A stretch of DNA of 64,000 nt. Origin: Verrucomicrobiota bacterium. GTDB lineage: Bacteria > Verrucomicrobiota > Verrucomicrobiia > Opitutales > Cerasicoccaceae. The translations under genes and the position numbers were made by a program. Shown here piece by piece: positions 1 to 12,386 of the stretch; the stretch's first letter is position 1, and each line of letters starts with the position of its first letter. Location: assembly GCA_039818205.1 (NCBI GenBank), contig JBCBUK010000006.1:160001-224000 (forward strand). Direction: 5' to 3'. The notes under the pieces were generated by a model. It was not told the DNA's origin. It was given only the letters and a program-made list of their open reading frames with translations, and did no database searches.

Positions 1-1325
<1,325 letters not shown>

Positions 1326-1357
1326 TTCCCGAGTTTAACGCCGAAATTTAGAAATCG

Positions 1358-3678
<2,321 letters not shown>

Positions 3679-3684
3679 GATCAC

Positions 3685-4095
3685 ATGCCGCTCAAACTAG
3701 AAATCGTCACTCCCGAAAAGATCGTCTACAGCGAGACGGTGGAGGAAGTCGTCTTGCCGACCACTGATGGTCAAATTGACGTGCTTCCGGGCCACCAACC
3801 GTTGCTGACCATGGTTGAAGGTGGTGACGTTATTGCGCGCAGCTCGAAGACTGAGCACTTGGCAGTCGACAAGGGTTTTGCCCGCGTTCAAGAGGACACG
3901 GTTTCGATTTTGACGGAAGCTGCGATTGAGGTCGATAAAATCGACGTCAGCTTCGTCGAAGAGGCTCAGAAGCGTGCCGAAGAAGCACTGCAAAAGGCCC
4001 GTGACGAGAACGTTGACCCTGCTCAGATCGAACAACTGGAGCAAGTCGTTCGTTTCGCTATCGTTCAAAAGCTCGCGAAGAAATCTCAGCTCTAA
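3685..4095 (+). CDS. atpC: ATP synthase subunit epsilon
   Basis: LEIVTPEK...VLPGHQP beta domain plus C-terminal helices; follows atpD. Confidence 0.97.
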   Translation: MPLKLEIVTPEKIVYSETVEEVVLPTTDGQIDVLPGHQPLLTMVEGGDVIARSSKTEHLAVDKGFARVQEDTVSILTEAAIEVDKIDVSFVEEAQKRAEEALQKARDENVDPAQIEQLEQVVRFAIVQKLAKKSQL

Positions 4096-4117
4096 AGAAC
4101 CGCAGATAACTTTCATT

Positions 4118-4153
4118 GCCCGGTTGCGTTTCACGTCGCCGGGCTTTTTCTTT
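4118..4153 (+). terminator. Rho-independent terminator of the atp operon
   Basis: GCCCGG...CCGGGC stem followed by TTTTTCTTT just after the atpC stop. Confidence 0.8.
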
Positions 4154-4160
4154 GGAGCCC

Positions 4161-5162
4161 ATGAGCGAGGTGCCGGATTGGTTGGTTTCGATAATTCAGC
4201 AAGCGGGCGGCTGGATTTCATTTGAGCGCTTTATGGCCGAAGCGTTGTACGACACCGAGCATGGCTATTATCAGGTAAATGTTTCGGCAATTGGGCGTGA
4301 TGGTGATTTCTCGACCTCGGGCACACTCACCCAAGCCTTTGGTGAGGCAATTGCGCATTGGGCGTCCAATCGCGCCCGAACCCTATTCCCAGATAACGAC
4401 TTTTGTTTGATCGAAGTCGGCGCCGGTAGTGGAGATCTTGCTCGCAGTTTGCAGGCGTCGTGGTCTCTGGTTAGCGACCGTCCCTGGCGCTATCAGGCAG
4501 TCGAGACCTCGCAGCGACTCGGTGAGCAGCTGAGTGCGATGGGCTTTCAGGTCGAAACCTCGTTGTCAACGGCGTTGAGAAGTTGTGGTGGGCGGGCCTT
4601 AATCATCAGCAATGAATTGCCCGATGCGTTCCCCGCGCGTCAGCTAATCTGGCAGCATGGGGATTGGCAGGAGGTTGGTGTTGAGCTGCGTGATGGGCGT
4701 TTGGTGGAGGTCTTTGTTCCATTTCGAGATGCGGTAGATGCCGAGGCACTAAGCGAGCCACGCGAGGGGCAGCGTTTGTTCGTCCACCCCCATTACCATC
4801 ATTGGTTGCGGACCGAGCTTGCGGGTTGGGATCGTGGAAGCATGCTCACGATCGATTACGGCGCGGTGTCGCCATCCTTCGAATGCCGGGCCTATCGTGA
4901 ACAACAGCGCCAGGAGGGCGACGCTGTCTATGCGATGCCGGGTTCGCAGGACATTACCTGTGACGTAAATTTTAGCGACTTACGACGCTGGGGCGAGGAC
5001 CTTGGGCTGTCGACCCAACTCAGCGTTGCCCAGTGGGAGTTCTTGGAAGACTGGCTGCCAAACGCGACTGAGCGTGCGAAATCGGATGAGGCCTTGCAGT
5101 TTGTGATGTATCCCTTTGGCGCAGGGGGAGCTTTTCGGGTGCTCGAGCAACAGCGCCAATAA
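4161..5162 (+). CDS. SAM-dependent methyltransferase, MidA/NDUFAF7 family
   Basis: ISFERFMAEALY...GYY, GDFST, EVGAGSG, SNELPDAFP, IDYG, QDITCDVNF motifs; ATG at 4161 chosen because it lies after the terminator. Confidence 0.9.
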   Translation: MSEVPDWLVSIIQQAGGWISFERFMAEALYDTEHGYYQVNVSAIGRDGDFSTSGTLTQAFGEAIAHWASNRARTLFPDNDFCLIEVGAGSGDLARSLQASWSLVSDRPWRYQAVETSQRLGEQLSAMGFQVETSLSTALRSCGGRALIISNELPDAFPARQLIWQHGDWQEVGVELRDGRLVEVFVPFRDAVDAEALSEPREGQRLFVHPHYHHWLRTELAGWDRGSMLTIDYGAVSPSFECRAYREQQRQEGDAVYAMPGSQDITCDVNFSDLRRWGEDLGLSTQLSVAQWEFLEDWLPNATERAKSDEALQFVMYPFGAGGAFRVLEQQRQ

Positions 5163-5193
5163 AAAACGCCCGCTAGGTAGTCTAGCGGACGTT
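5161..5193 (-). terminator. Terminator between convergent methyltransferase and mscS
   Basis: CCGCTAG/CTAGCGG stem with A6 on the left, i.e. U-tract on the minus strand. Confidence 0.7.
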
Positions 5194-5226
5194 GATTGAA
5201 ATTCGATGGACGAGTTCCGAAAGCGA

Positions 5227-6138
5227 TTAGCTCGCTTTGTTGTCCATGGTAAACATGTGAACGTCGCTCTGCGGAAACGGAATTGAGATACCTTCCTCGT
5301 CGAGGCGGAGCTTGATGGTTTCCTGCAGGCGGAAGAACACGTCCCAGTAGTCCGAGGTCTTTACCCACGGACGGACGGCAAAGTTTACCGAGCTATCGGC
5401 CATTTCCAATACACCGATGGTTGGTTCTGGTTCTTCCAGCGTGCCGGGATCCTTGGCGATGATGTCGGTGAGGACCTGCTTAACCTTGCGGATGTCATCT
5501 TCGTAGCTGACGCCGACGACCAAGTCCATCCGGCGGGTGTCCTTTGCCGAAAAGTTGGTGATTGGGCTACCGGTAACATTTCCGTTGGGTATGATGATCG
5601 TCTTGTTGTCTGGTGTCCGGAGTTTGGTGTCGAAGATGTTGATCGCCTCGACGATACCAGTGACACCACCCGCTTCAACGAAATCGCCAACCCGGAAGTG
5701 GCGGAAGATTATCAGCATGAAGCCAGCTGCAAAGTTGGCGAGCGAGCCCTGCAGGGCGAAACCAATGGCCAAGGTGGCAGCACCCAAAACGGCGACCACA
5801 CTGGTGGTTTCAACACCCAATTTGTTACCGGCCATCAAGATGACCAATACCATCAGGAAGGTATAGGCAACATTGCCAACAAAGCCGATGAGGGTCTCAT
5901 CAACGTTGCGAGCTTGCATTGTTTTCTTGAGCAGCTTGGTTAGCAGCTTGGCAATCCATTTGCCGATCAGGAAGATCAGAATCGCGACGACCAGCTTGAT
6001 GCCGAAGTCGATGCCGAGGTCTACGAGCTTGCTAATATTTTCCTGAGTGAGATCTTGAGTCAGATCGTCAGTCAGAGAGCTGAGTTGGTTCGCGGCGTTG
6101 TCGACACCGTCAGTCGGATTTGCTTGTGCAATAAACAT
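5227..6138 (-). CDS. mscS: Small-conductance mechanosensitive channel
   Basis: Three TM helices, AIGFALQGSLANFAAG, GDFVEAGG, IPFPQ. Confidence 0.95.
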   Translation of the reverse strand: MFIAQANPTDGVDNAANQLSSLTDDLTQDLTQENISKLVDLGIDFGIKLVVAILIFLIGKWIAKLLTKLLKKTMQARNVDETLIGFVGNVAYTFLMVLVILMAGNKLGVETTSVVAVLGAATLAIGFALQGSLANFAAGFMLIIFRHFRVGDFVEAGGVTGIVEAINIFDTKLRTPDNKTIIIPNGNVTGSPITNFSAKDTRRMDLVVGVSYEDDIRKVKQVLTDIIAKDPGTLEEPEPTIGVLEMADSSVNFAVRPWVKTSDYWDVFFRLQETIKLRLDEEGISIPFPQSDVHMFTMDNKAS

Positions 6139-6253
6139 AGCAGATTTGGTTCTAGGGTTGTGGTTAGCAGAGAATTTTACAGTGTTGCAGAATCGGCCGT
6201 ATTCAAATCGACTAAAGTATTATTTCAAGTCCCGTGCTTCTCAAGTTGGCTAA

Positions 6254-8194
6254 ATGAAGACCTCTAGTATTTCTCTCCGCGTTGCGGACTTCCTAAAGAC
6301 CAATCCGCCGTTCGATCAACTGGAAGAAAAGGACTTGGTGAACCTGGCCGGAGCCGGTCGGGTAAAGTTCCACGAAAGTGGGGAAATTGTTTATGAAGAG
6401 GGAGATACGAGAGGGCGTTACACTTTTGTTATTCAAAAAGGCACGGTGAATCTCTATCGACGCGGTGCTCGCGGAGAAGAATTAATCGATGTGCGCGTCG
6501 AAGGTGACCTTTTGGGGTTTCTGTGGCGCGATGCTGAAAATGATATCCCATACCGGACGAGTGCAAAAACGGCGAGTGATACGATCTTGTATGCTTTGCC
6601 CCGCGATTTGATCCAGGAGATCGGTCAGGATAACCCCTCGGTAGGTGATTATCTTCGTGAGTATTTCGGTGAAGGCTTCAAGCCTCGAACAAATCTTACC
6701 CCAGGCCCAGAAAATGCACGCGGAATCGATGAGCGCCCGGCCCATTGGTTGCAAAAATTTAAACCCGTTAATGATCGCGCATCGAATCGTTTGCTGACGT
6801 ATCGCTTGGATGAGCCGATCTGTGAGGTTGCCCGTCGATTGGCTCCAGGTTTGCAGGAGGCGATTGTGGCTGTGGATAACCAGCTGCGGCCGTTGGGCGT
6901 GATCACGGAGTCTGATTTATCGGGTCGCGTGGCCACGGGGGACGTGCCGGTTGATGCTCCAGCCAGCGAAATTACCTCCCGTTCAGTCGTTACCGTCCGC
7001 CCTGGAATGACGGCTGGTCAGCTAATCCTGGAGATGCTTGCACGGCGGCTGCATCATCTAATTGTTACCGAAGACGGGACCCCTGATTCGCCGGTCATCG
7101 GGATTATCAGCGACCGGTCGATCCAGACGCTCCACGGAAGTATCCCAACATTCCTCGCCAAAGAAATTTCGGTCGCAGATACCACTGAGTCGCTTGCCAT
7201 GTTGCGTGACCGAGCCGATGAGCTACTGCTCCACTATATTGAGGGAGATGCACCGGTGTATTGGCTGTCTGATTTTGTCGCGGAAGTGGACTCGGCAGTG
7301 GTTGAGCGAGCCGTTGCGATCGCTCGGCAAAAACTGATTCAGAATGGGTTGATTGAACCGCCAGTGAAGTGGGCTTGGCTCGCCATGCATAGTGAAGGTC
7401 GCAAGGAGCGATTGCTGCGCTCGCCACAACGAACGGCGATCATCTATGACGAGTTACCGGCGGGCTACGATGCAAACTCCGCCGATGTCTGGTTTGATCA
7501 GTTGGCAACCGAGATCACGGCGATGTTGGCCCCATGCGGATTTCCGCTGGATACGAACGGTCGCATGGCCACGAATTCGAGCTGGCGTGGACCTTTGAGT
7601 GTCTGGAAGGCCCGCTACCAGGAGTGGATTTCGAATCCGGTTGAGAGTAACATCATCACCTTGACGCCCTATTTTGATGCGCGGACTGTCTATGGGGAGC
7701 ATGCTTTGCTTGATGAGTTGCGCATCCACATTCAGGAGTGCATCCATAGCAACCCGCATTTTATCCCGCTTCTCGCGAATGACGCGATGGATAACCTGCC
7801 TCCGGTGACCATCTTTCGCGACACGGTTATGGATCAGTCAGGCACGCTTTGGACCTGCATCGATACAAAGCTCCATGCCATGCTACCGCTGGTCGATCTC
7901 GCCCGGGTGTTTGCGTTGAGCCTCAACCTGGAGGACTCGACCTTTACGCCGTTGCGCTTCAAACGAGTTGGCCGCCACCTGATCGATCATCGCGATTTAT
8001 TTGAAGAGGCGGCGGAGGCTTTCAGCCATGCGATTCGTTTGCAGACGAGACTTGGGCTTAGGCGGGGCGATGATGGTCAGTTTGTGCGGCCCGAAGAGAT
8101 CCCCAAAGTTGAAGTTCAGCGCAGCAAGGCTATCTTCAAAACGATTGTTCGGTTGATGGAATTTTCCTCGGACTACTTTAAACTGCAGGTGTAG
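6254..8194 (+). CDS. cNMP-binding / CBS-pair / DUF294 nucleotidyltransferase-like signal protein
   Basis: N-terminal cNMP fold (PPFDQL...IQKG), two CBS motifs (GVITESDL, GIISDRSI), SEGRKE and DUF294_C-like region. Confidence 0.85.
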   Translation: MKTSSISLRVADFLKTNPPFDQLEEKDLVNLAGAGRVKFHESGEIVYEEGDTRGRYTFVIQKGTVNLYRRGARGEELIDVRVEGDLLGFLWRDAENDIPYRTSAKTASDTILYALPRDLIQEIGQDNPSVGDYLREYFGEGFKPRTNLTPGPENARGIDERPAHWLQKFKPVNDRASNRLLTYRLDEPICEVARRLAPGLQEAIVAVDNQLRPLGVITESDLSGRVATGDVPVDAPASEITSRSVVTVRPGMTAGQLILEMLARRLHHLIVTEDGTPDSPVIGIISDRSIQTLHGSIPTFLAKEISVADTTESLAMLRDRADELLLHYIEGDAPVYWLSDFVAEVDSAVVERAVAIARQKLIQNGLIEPPVKWAWLAMHSEGRKERLLRSPQRTAIIYDELPAGYDANSADVWFDQLATEITAMLAPCGFPLDTNGRMATNSSWRGPLSVWKARYQEWISNPVESNIITLTPYFDARTVYGEHALLDELRIHIQECIHSNPHFIPLLANDAMDNLPPVTIFRDTVMDQSGTLWTCIDTKLHAMLPLVDLARVFALSLNLEDSTFTPLRFKRVGRHLIDHRDLFEEAAEAFSHAIRLQTRLGLRRGDDGQFVRPEEIPKVEVQRSKAIFKTIVRLMEFSSDYFKLQV

Positions 8195-8197
8195 GCG

Positions 8198-8935
8198 ATG
8201 AACCTCTTTGGCCAAGATGATCCCATTCAATCCTATCGCGATTCCTTTCGGGAATCCTGGGAGGAATCCATGCCGATTGATGAGATTCGGTTCGTTTCGC
8301 TCGATTGCGAAACCACGGGCCTTGATCCGCGGAAGGACTCAATCATCACGATTGGTGCCGTCACCGTGCACGATGGCCAGATCCATCTGGATGATCAGTA
8401 TGAGGCATTACTGAAGTTTTCCTACAATACCTCTTCGGTCGTCGTTCATGGAATCACCGCACAGGAGGCGGCGGAAAATGGAATCGACGAGGCCGAAGCC
8501 CTGGTAGGCCTGTTATCCTACCTGCAAGACGGAGTGATCGTGGGCCACCATATTGGATTCGATGTCGAGATCATTAAGCAAGCTTGTCAGCGTCGGTTTG
8601 GACTCGAGCTCCAGAACCGATGGCTCGATACGATGGACCTCACGTTGAACCTCGAGGACGACGGAATGTTTGATGAAGCTGCCTCGGCGGCTTCGCTAAA
8701 ACGCAAGGCTGAGGAGTCGCCCGATTTCGCCCGCTCAAAAGACTTCTCGCTCGACGGTCTCTGTCGGCGTTTTGGCGTCGAGCCGCACGACCGCCATACG
8801 GCGGCCGGCGATGCGTTTATCACCGCACAGATTTTTATTAAACTGCTGCGGATCGCCAAGCGAGCTGGCCGGACGACTTTGTCCCAGATTGCCGAGCGCT
8901 ATGTGGACCCCGGGCGCGAGGGCGCCGAGATCTAG
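8198..8935 (+). CDS. DEDDh 3'-5' exonuclease (DnaQ-like)
   Basis: DCETTG, GHHIGFD, RHTAAGDA motifs; usual partner of DUF294 genes. Confidence 0.9.
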   Translation: MNLFGQDDPIQSYRDSFRESWEESMPIDEIRFVSLDCETTGLDPRKDSIITIGAVTVHDGQIHLDDQYEALLKFSYNTSSVVVHGITAQEAAENGIDEAEALVGLLSYLQDGVIVGHHIGFDVEIIKQACQRRFGLELQNRWLDTMDLTLNLEDDGMFDEAASAASLKRKAEESPDFARSKDFSLDGLCRRFGVEPHDRHTAAGDAFITAQIFIKLLRIAKRAGRTTLSQIAERYVDPGREGAEI

Positions 8936-8938
8936 CGC

Positions 8939-9082
8939 TTAGTGGTATCTTAGGCGCAGATCATCCATCATGCGGCGGTAGCCTTTTTCGTTGAGAAGGC
9001 TGACCTGCTCTTGATCATTCGATTCACGATTGAAGCCAGCACAGATTCGCTCGTCTTCATAGACCTCGGGTGTATGTTCCAT
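8939..9082 (-). CDS. Small hypothetical protein (47 aa, MEHTPEVYED...)
   Basis: ATG-started ORF filling the gap between the exonuclease and the dnaX promoter; no recognisable motif. Confidence 0.35.
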   Translation of the reverse strand: MEHTPEVYEDERICAGFNRESNDQEQVSLLNEKGYRRMMDDLRLRYH

Positions 9083-9250
9083 AATTCGATAGTGTGGTAC
9101 TGGGCTATTAGTAACAACAATGATTATGACGTCGTTGCTCCACTGAATGTTCAATAAGTATCCGAGTTGTTTGCGGTCGGTGAATCTTGCGGGCAAGGGC
9201 GATTCGGGGTTGAATGTTTAGGCAGCCGCCTGCAATGTGCTGTTTCTCTA

Positions 9251-10777
9251 ATGGGACAAGAGGCCTATCAAGTAATCGCGCGACGGTGGCGCCCCCGGCA
9301 GTTCGACGAGATGGTCGGGCAGGAGCACATTGTGCGCACCCTCAAGAACGCGATTGAGAGCGATCGAATCGCCCATGCGTATTTGTTTGTTGGCCCGCGC
9401 GGAACGGGTAAGACCACGACTGCCCGGATTTTTGCCAAAGCCCTAAACGCAGAAGGCGGTCCCAATGTCGCCCCCGATGATTCGACACCGATCAGCCAGG
9501 CGATCCTTAACGGGTCGTGTATGGACGTGATTGAAATCGACGGTGCGAGTAATAACGGTGTCGATCAGATCCGTGACCTTCGCGAAGAGTGTCAATACTC
9601 ACCCACTGAAGGCCGCTTCAAAATTTACATCATTGACGAGGTCCACATGTTGTCGACCGCGGCTTGGAATGCGCTGTTGAAAACCCTCGAAGAGCCACCG
9701 GCGCACGTGAAGTTTATCTTCGCAACAACGGAGGCAAATAAGGTACTGCCCACCGTTGTATCGCGGTGTCAGCGATTTGAGTTTCGTCCAATTCCAGACG
9801 AGCAAATCATTGAGCGATTAAAGCACATCGCGAAAACCGACGGCATCAACGTCGATGAGGGTGCGCTCACGGCGGTGGCCCGAATGGCTGATGGTGGTAT
9901 GCGAGATGCGCAATCCATCCTCGATCAATTGATTTCATTTTGCGGTAACGACATTACCGAAGACAAGGTTCTGGATGTCTATGGCTTGGCTGCGCCGGCC
10001 ACGATTGACGACATGGTCAAGGCCATGGCGGCCGCAGATTATCAGGCCTTGTTCGGCGAAATCGAAACGATTGCGAGCCAGGGCAGAGACCTTTACCGAG
10101 TCCTGCAGGACATTCAATCGCGGACCCGCGCTGCGCTGATCGAGGCGATTCGAAGTGGCGGACACACCGAGACGTTAGGGACACCGCTGACCGCAGAAGC
10201 GCTGACCCGGATGTTGGATGCCCTACAGTCCGGCGAAAGCCAGGTGCGCAGTGGCTTGTCCCAACGTGTAAATTTTGAAGTCTCTCTATTACGAGCTGTC
10301 GATCAAAGCCGCACCCGGGCGATCGATTCAGTCATCAAAGAATTGTCTTCTCTCGCCGCCGGCCTCCCTCAGGATGCCGGCCAAAAAAAAATAGGCCCAC
10401 CGCTTGAGCCGAAGTCCAATGGTCCCATTCCGCCAATGGGGACCTGGGTAACCGTGGTGGCGGATCCTGAAGGTCCGATTGCCCGGGCAACGGGATTGCC
10501 GACTGAGCGCCCGGCGGGCGAGTCTCATCCCGATGGTCCGACGGAGGATGAATGGAACCGCTCCGAGCAATCCGGAGAAGTAATTACCGAGAGCGATGAT
10601 ATTGTCACCGCCGCTAGACCTAGTAAATCTGGGGAGGCTCAGTTGTTTGGGCCAACGACGCCTGAATTCACCGAAGCCGAGAAGGCGATCCATCCCGAGA
10701 CCTTGCAAATGTTGGACGAGTTGTTGCGGGCCGATTTTAAGTACGTTGAAGCCGTCGACCCCGAGGAGTTGAATTAG
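9251..10777 (+). CDS. dnaX: DNA polymerase III subunit tau/gamma
   Basis: [31 protein letters not shown] motif; ATG at 9251. Confidence 0.97.
   Translation: MGQEAYQVIARRWRPRQFDEMVGQEHIVRTLKNAIESDRIAHAYLFVGPRGTGKTTTARIFAKALNAEGGPNVAPDDSTPISQAILNGSCMDVIEIDGASNNGVDQIRDLREECQYSPTEGRFKIYIIDEVHMLSTAAWNALLKTLEEPPAHVKFIFATTEANKVLPTVVSRCQRFEFRPIPDEQIIERLKHIAKTDGINVDEGALTAVARMADGGMRDAQSILDQLISFCGNDITEDKVLDVYGLAAPATIDDMVKAMAAADYQALFGEIETIASQGRDLYRVLQDIQSRTRAALIEAIRSGGHTETLGTPLTAEALTRMLDALQSGESQVRSGLSQRVNFEVSLLRAVDQSRTRAIDSVIKELSSLAAGLPQDAGQKKIGPPLEPKSNGPIPPMGTWVTVVADPEGPIARATGLPTERPAGESHPDGPTEDEWNRSEQSGEVITESDDIVTAARPSKSGEAQLFGPTTPEFTEAEKAIHPETLQMLDELLRADFKYVEAVDPEELN
10383..10394 (+). other. A9 slippery run followed by TAG inside dnaX (candidate tau/gamma recoding site)
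   Basis: CAA AAA AAA ATA G; stops in both shifted frames (TAG 10392-10394, TGA 10405-10407) at the end of the clamp-loader core. Confidence 0.7.
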
Positions 10778-10819
10778 TTCAAGATTGTAATGAATCCTTA
10801 TCTAGGCTATTAATCATAT

Positions 10820-11626
10820 ATGTTTTTGCATCGATCGTTGTGGCAGGTCGGCATTGTGTTGGTTACGATGCTTGTCGCGTGTAGCTTACCTGGCCGAATC
10901 TTCGAAATGAAGGACGGAACCAAAGTTGACGGCGAGATCGTGTCCTTTAAAAACGGAACCATCGTCATCGCCAAGACGGGAGGAGGAAAGGGGCTTTATA
11001 CGCTCTCCGCGTTTTCCGCTGCGGATCAGCAGTATTTGAACGAGACCTTTCCGAGCGGGAGTCAACGCAAGGAGGTTAAAGGGACTACGACTCGGCCGAA
11101 GCCCACGCCTGCCCCTCAAGCTAAGTCGAAGCAATCCGCAACCCCCCAGGCAAAACAACAAGCACGGCCAGCACAGCAAGCACCACACCCGGGGTTGAAA
11201 AATTTGCGAGTGGGTTCGATTCCGCCCGAAATAGCCGCCCGAATTCAAGGTAAGCAAGATAAGCGCGGCTTGGGGGATCTGCGGGGTAAGTTAGTTGTCA
11301 TTCATTTCTGGTCAACGTCTGCGCCGCAGTCCGTTCGGGAGGTTGAGGGTTTGGCCTACCTTTATCGAAAATACCAGAAACATGGCTTTGAGTTGCTGGG
11401 CGTCGCGGTGGACCAGAGTCAGCGCCGACTCAACTCGGTTGAGGAAAGCATGGGGGTAACCTGGCCGATGATTCTCGACGAAGAGCGACGGACAATCGAG
11501 AAGTGGGGCGTTACCGCCTTGCCGACTAATGTTCTGATTGATCAGAACGGTGTCATCGTAAATCCGCACATTTCAGCGAATCAGTTGCAATACGTTCTTG
11601 CCGAGCAGTTTGGGGTGGAAAAGTAA
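10820..11626 (+). CDS. Exported SHD1-like domain + TlpA/thioredoxin-fold protein lacking CxxC
   Basis: Signal with possible lipobox LVAC, SHD1-like segment ending SAADQQYL, P/Q/A linker, RGKLVVIHFWST...ALPTNVLID TlpA pattern. Confidence 0.8.
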   Translation: MFLHRSLWQVGIVLVTMLVACSLPGRIFEMKDGTKVDGEIVSFKNGTIVIAKTGGGKGLYTLSAFSAADQQYLNETFPSGSQRKEVKGTTTRPKPTPAPQAKSKQSATPQAKQQARPAQQAPHPGLKNLRVGSIPPEIAARIQGKQDKRGLGDLRGKLVVIHFWSTSAPQSVREVEGLAYLYRKYQKHGFELLGVAVDQSQRRLNSVEESMGVTWPMILDEERRTIEKWGVTALPTNVLIDQNGVIVNPHISANQLQYVLAEQFGVEK

Positions 11627-11731
11627 TCCGAATTCAGCATTGCCAGTATTCTGCATTGGTCGTTTTCTGGCTTCTTATGCCCGTGTTTCGGGTGTCTGAA
11701 TCGTTTATAATGATGGTTCAAAACTCTACGA

Positions 11732-12079
11732 ATGAAACCACGTAACCTCCGTCACCGACTGGAAAAAACAGCCAAGCTACTGGTCATCGTCCAGAAGCAC
11801 CTACCGGATGTCGCCTGCCAGTTTGCTGATGACAAAGGAGAGAACGGGCACCTGATGATTCGCCTTCCCTTGGGTGGGGATCCCACCAAGCTCGGGTCAG
11901 ACTTCGAAGGTCGTGGCTTTGTGTTTACGCGGACGCGGAGCCCGTGGTTGGGTGCCGATATTTTCCGGGGAACCAAACCGGACCAGCCTCGGGTCATTAT
12001 CGAGGTTGAGATCCCCGCGAATCGCCTAAGCCGCGTGCCGGACCACGAACAAGAATTCAGCTTTAAGGCAAAAAAGTAG
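11732..12079 (+). CDS. Hypothetical protein
   Basis: 115 aa ATG ORF with coding-like composition; no family recognised. Confidence 0.7.
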   Translation: MKPRNLRHRLEKTAKLLVIVQKHLPDVACQFADDKGENGHLMIRLPLGGDPTKLGSDFEGRGFVFTRTRSPWLGADIFRGTKPDQPRVIIEVEIPANRLSRVPDHEQEFSFKAKK

Positions 12080-12094
12080 CTTCCATCGAATTGA

Positions 12095-12340
12095 ATGAGT
12101 GAAAGTAAAGACTGGCTGTTATTGGGGAGTTGCGGAGACGGTGACAAATTTACCGTGGGAGGCAGCAATGTTTGGGGCCGTGAGTGGATTTCCAGAAATG
12201 AAGTAGCCGTCGTAAAAGATCCGCTTTACGGCAAGGAGCTCAGATTCAGAGTTTATGAGATTCGCTGTGATGGGCGGTCGATCGTGTTTGCCGCAGGAGA
12301 GTTCTCCAATTGTATTTGGGGTTTCTTTGCAAAAAAATAG
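12095..12340 (+). CDS. Small hypothetical protein
   Basis: 81 aa ORF 15 nt after the previous gene, ending at a terminator. Confidence 0.6.
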   Translation: MSESKDWLLLGSCGDGDKFTVGGSNVWGREWISRNEVAVVKDPLYGKELRFRVYEIRCDGRSIVFAAGEFSNCIWGFFAKK

Positions 12341-12362
12341 CCCGGTCTTTCGACCGAGCTAT
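12331..12362 (-). terminator. Terminator downstream of glgC (possibly bidirectional)
   Basis: ATAGC-CGGTC / GACCG-GCTAT stem next to an A7 tract (U-tract on minus strand). Confidence 0.7.
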
Positions 12363-12386
12363 CAATTGAAAATCGGTGGTGCCTAG

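Noticed and set aside
11309..11332. Possible selenocysteine in the TlpA motif
   Set aside because: No in-frame TGA; codons are GCG and TCC
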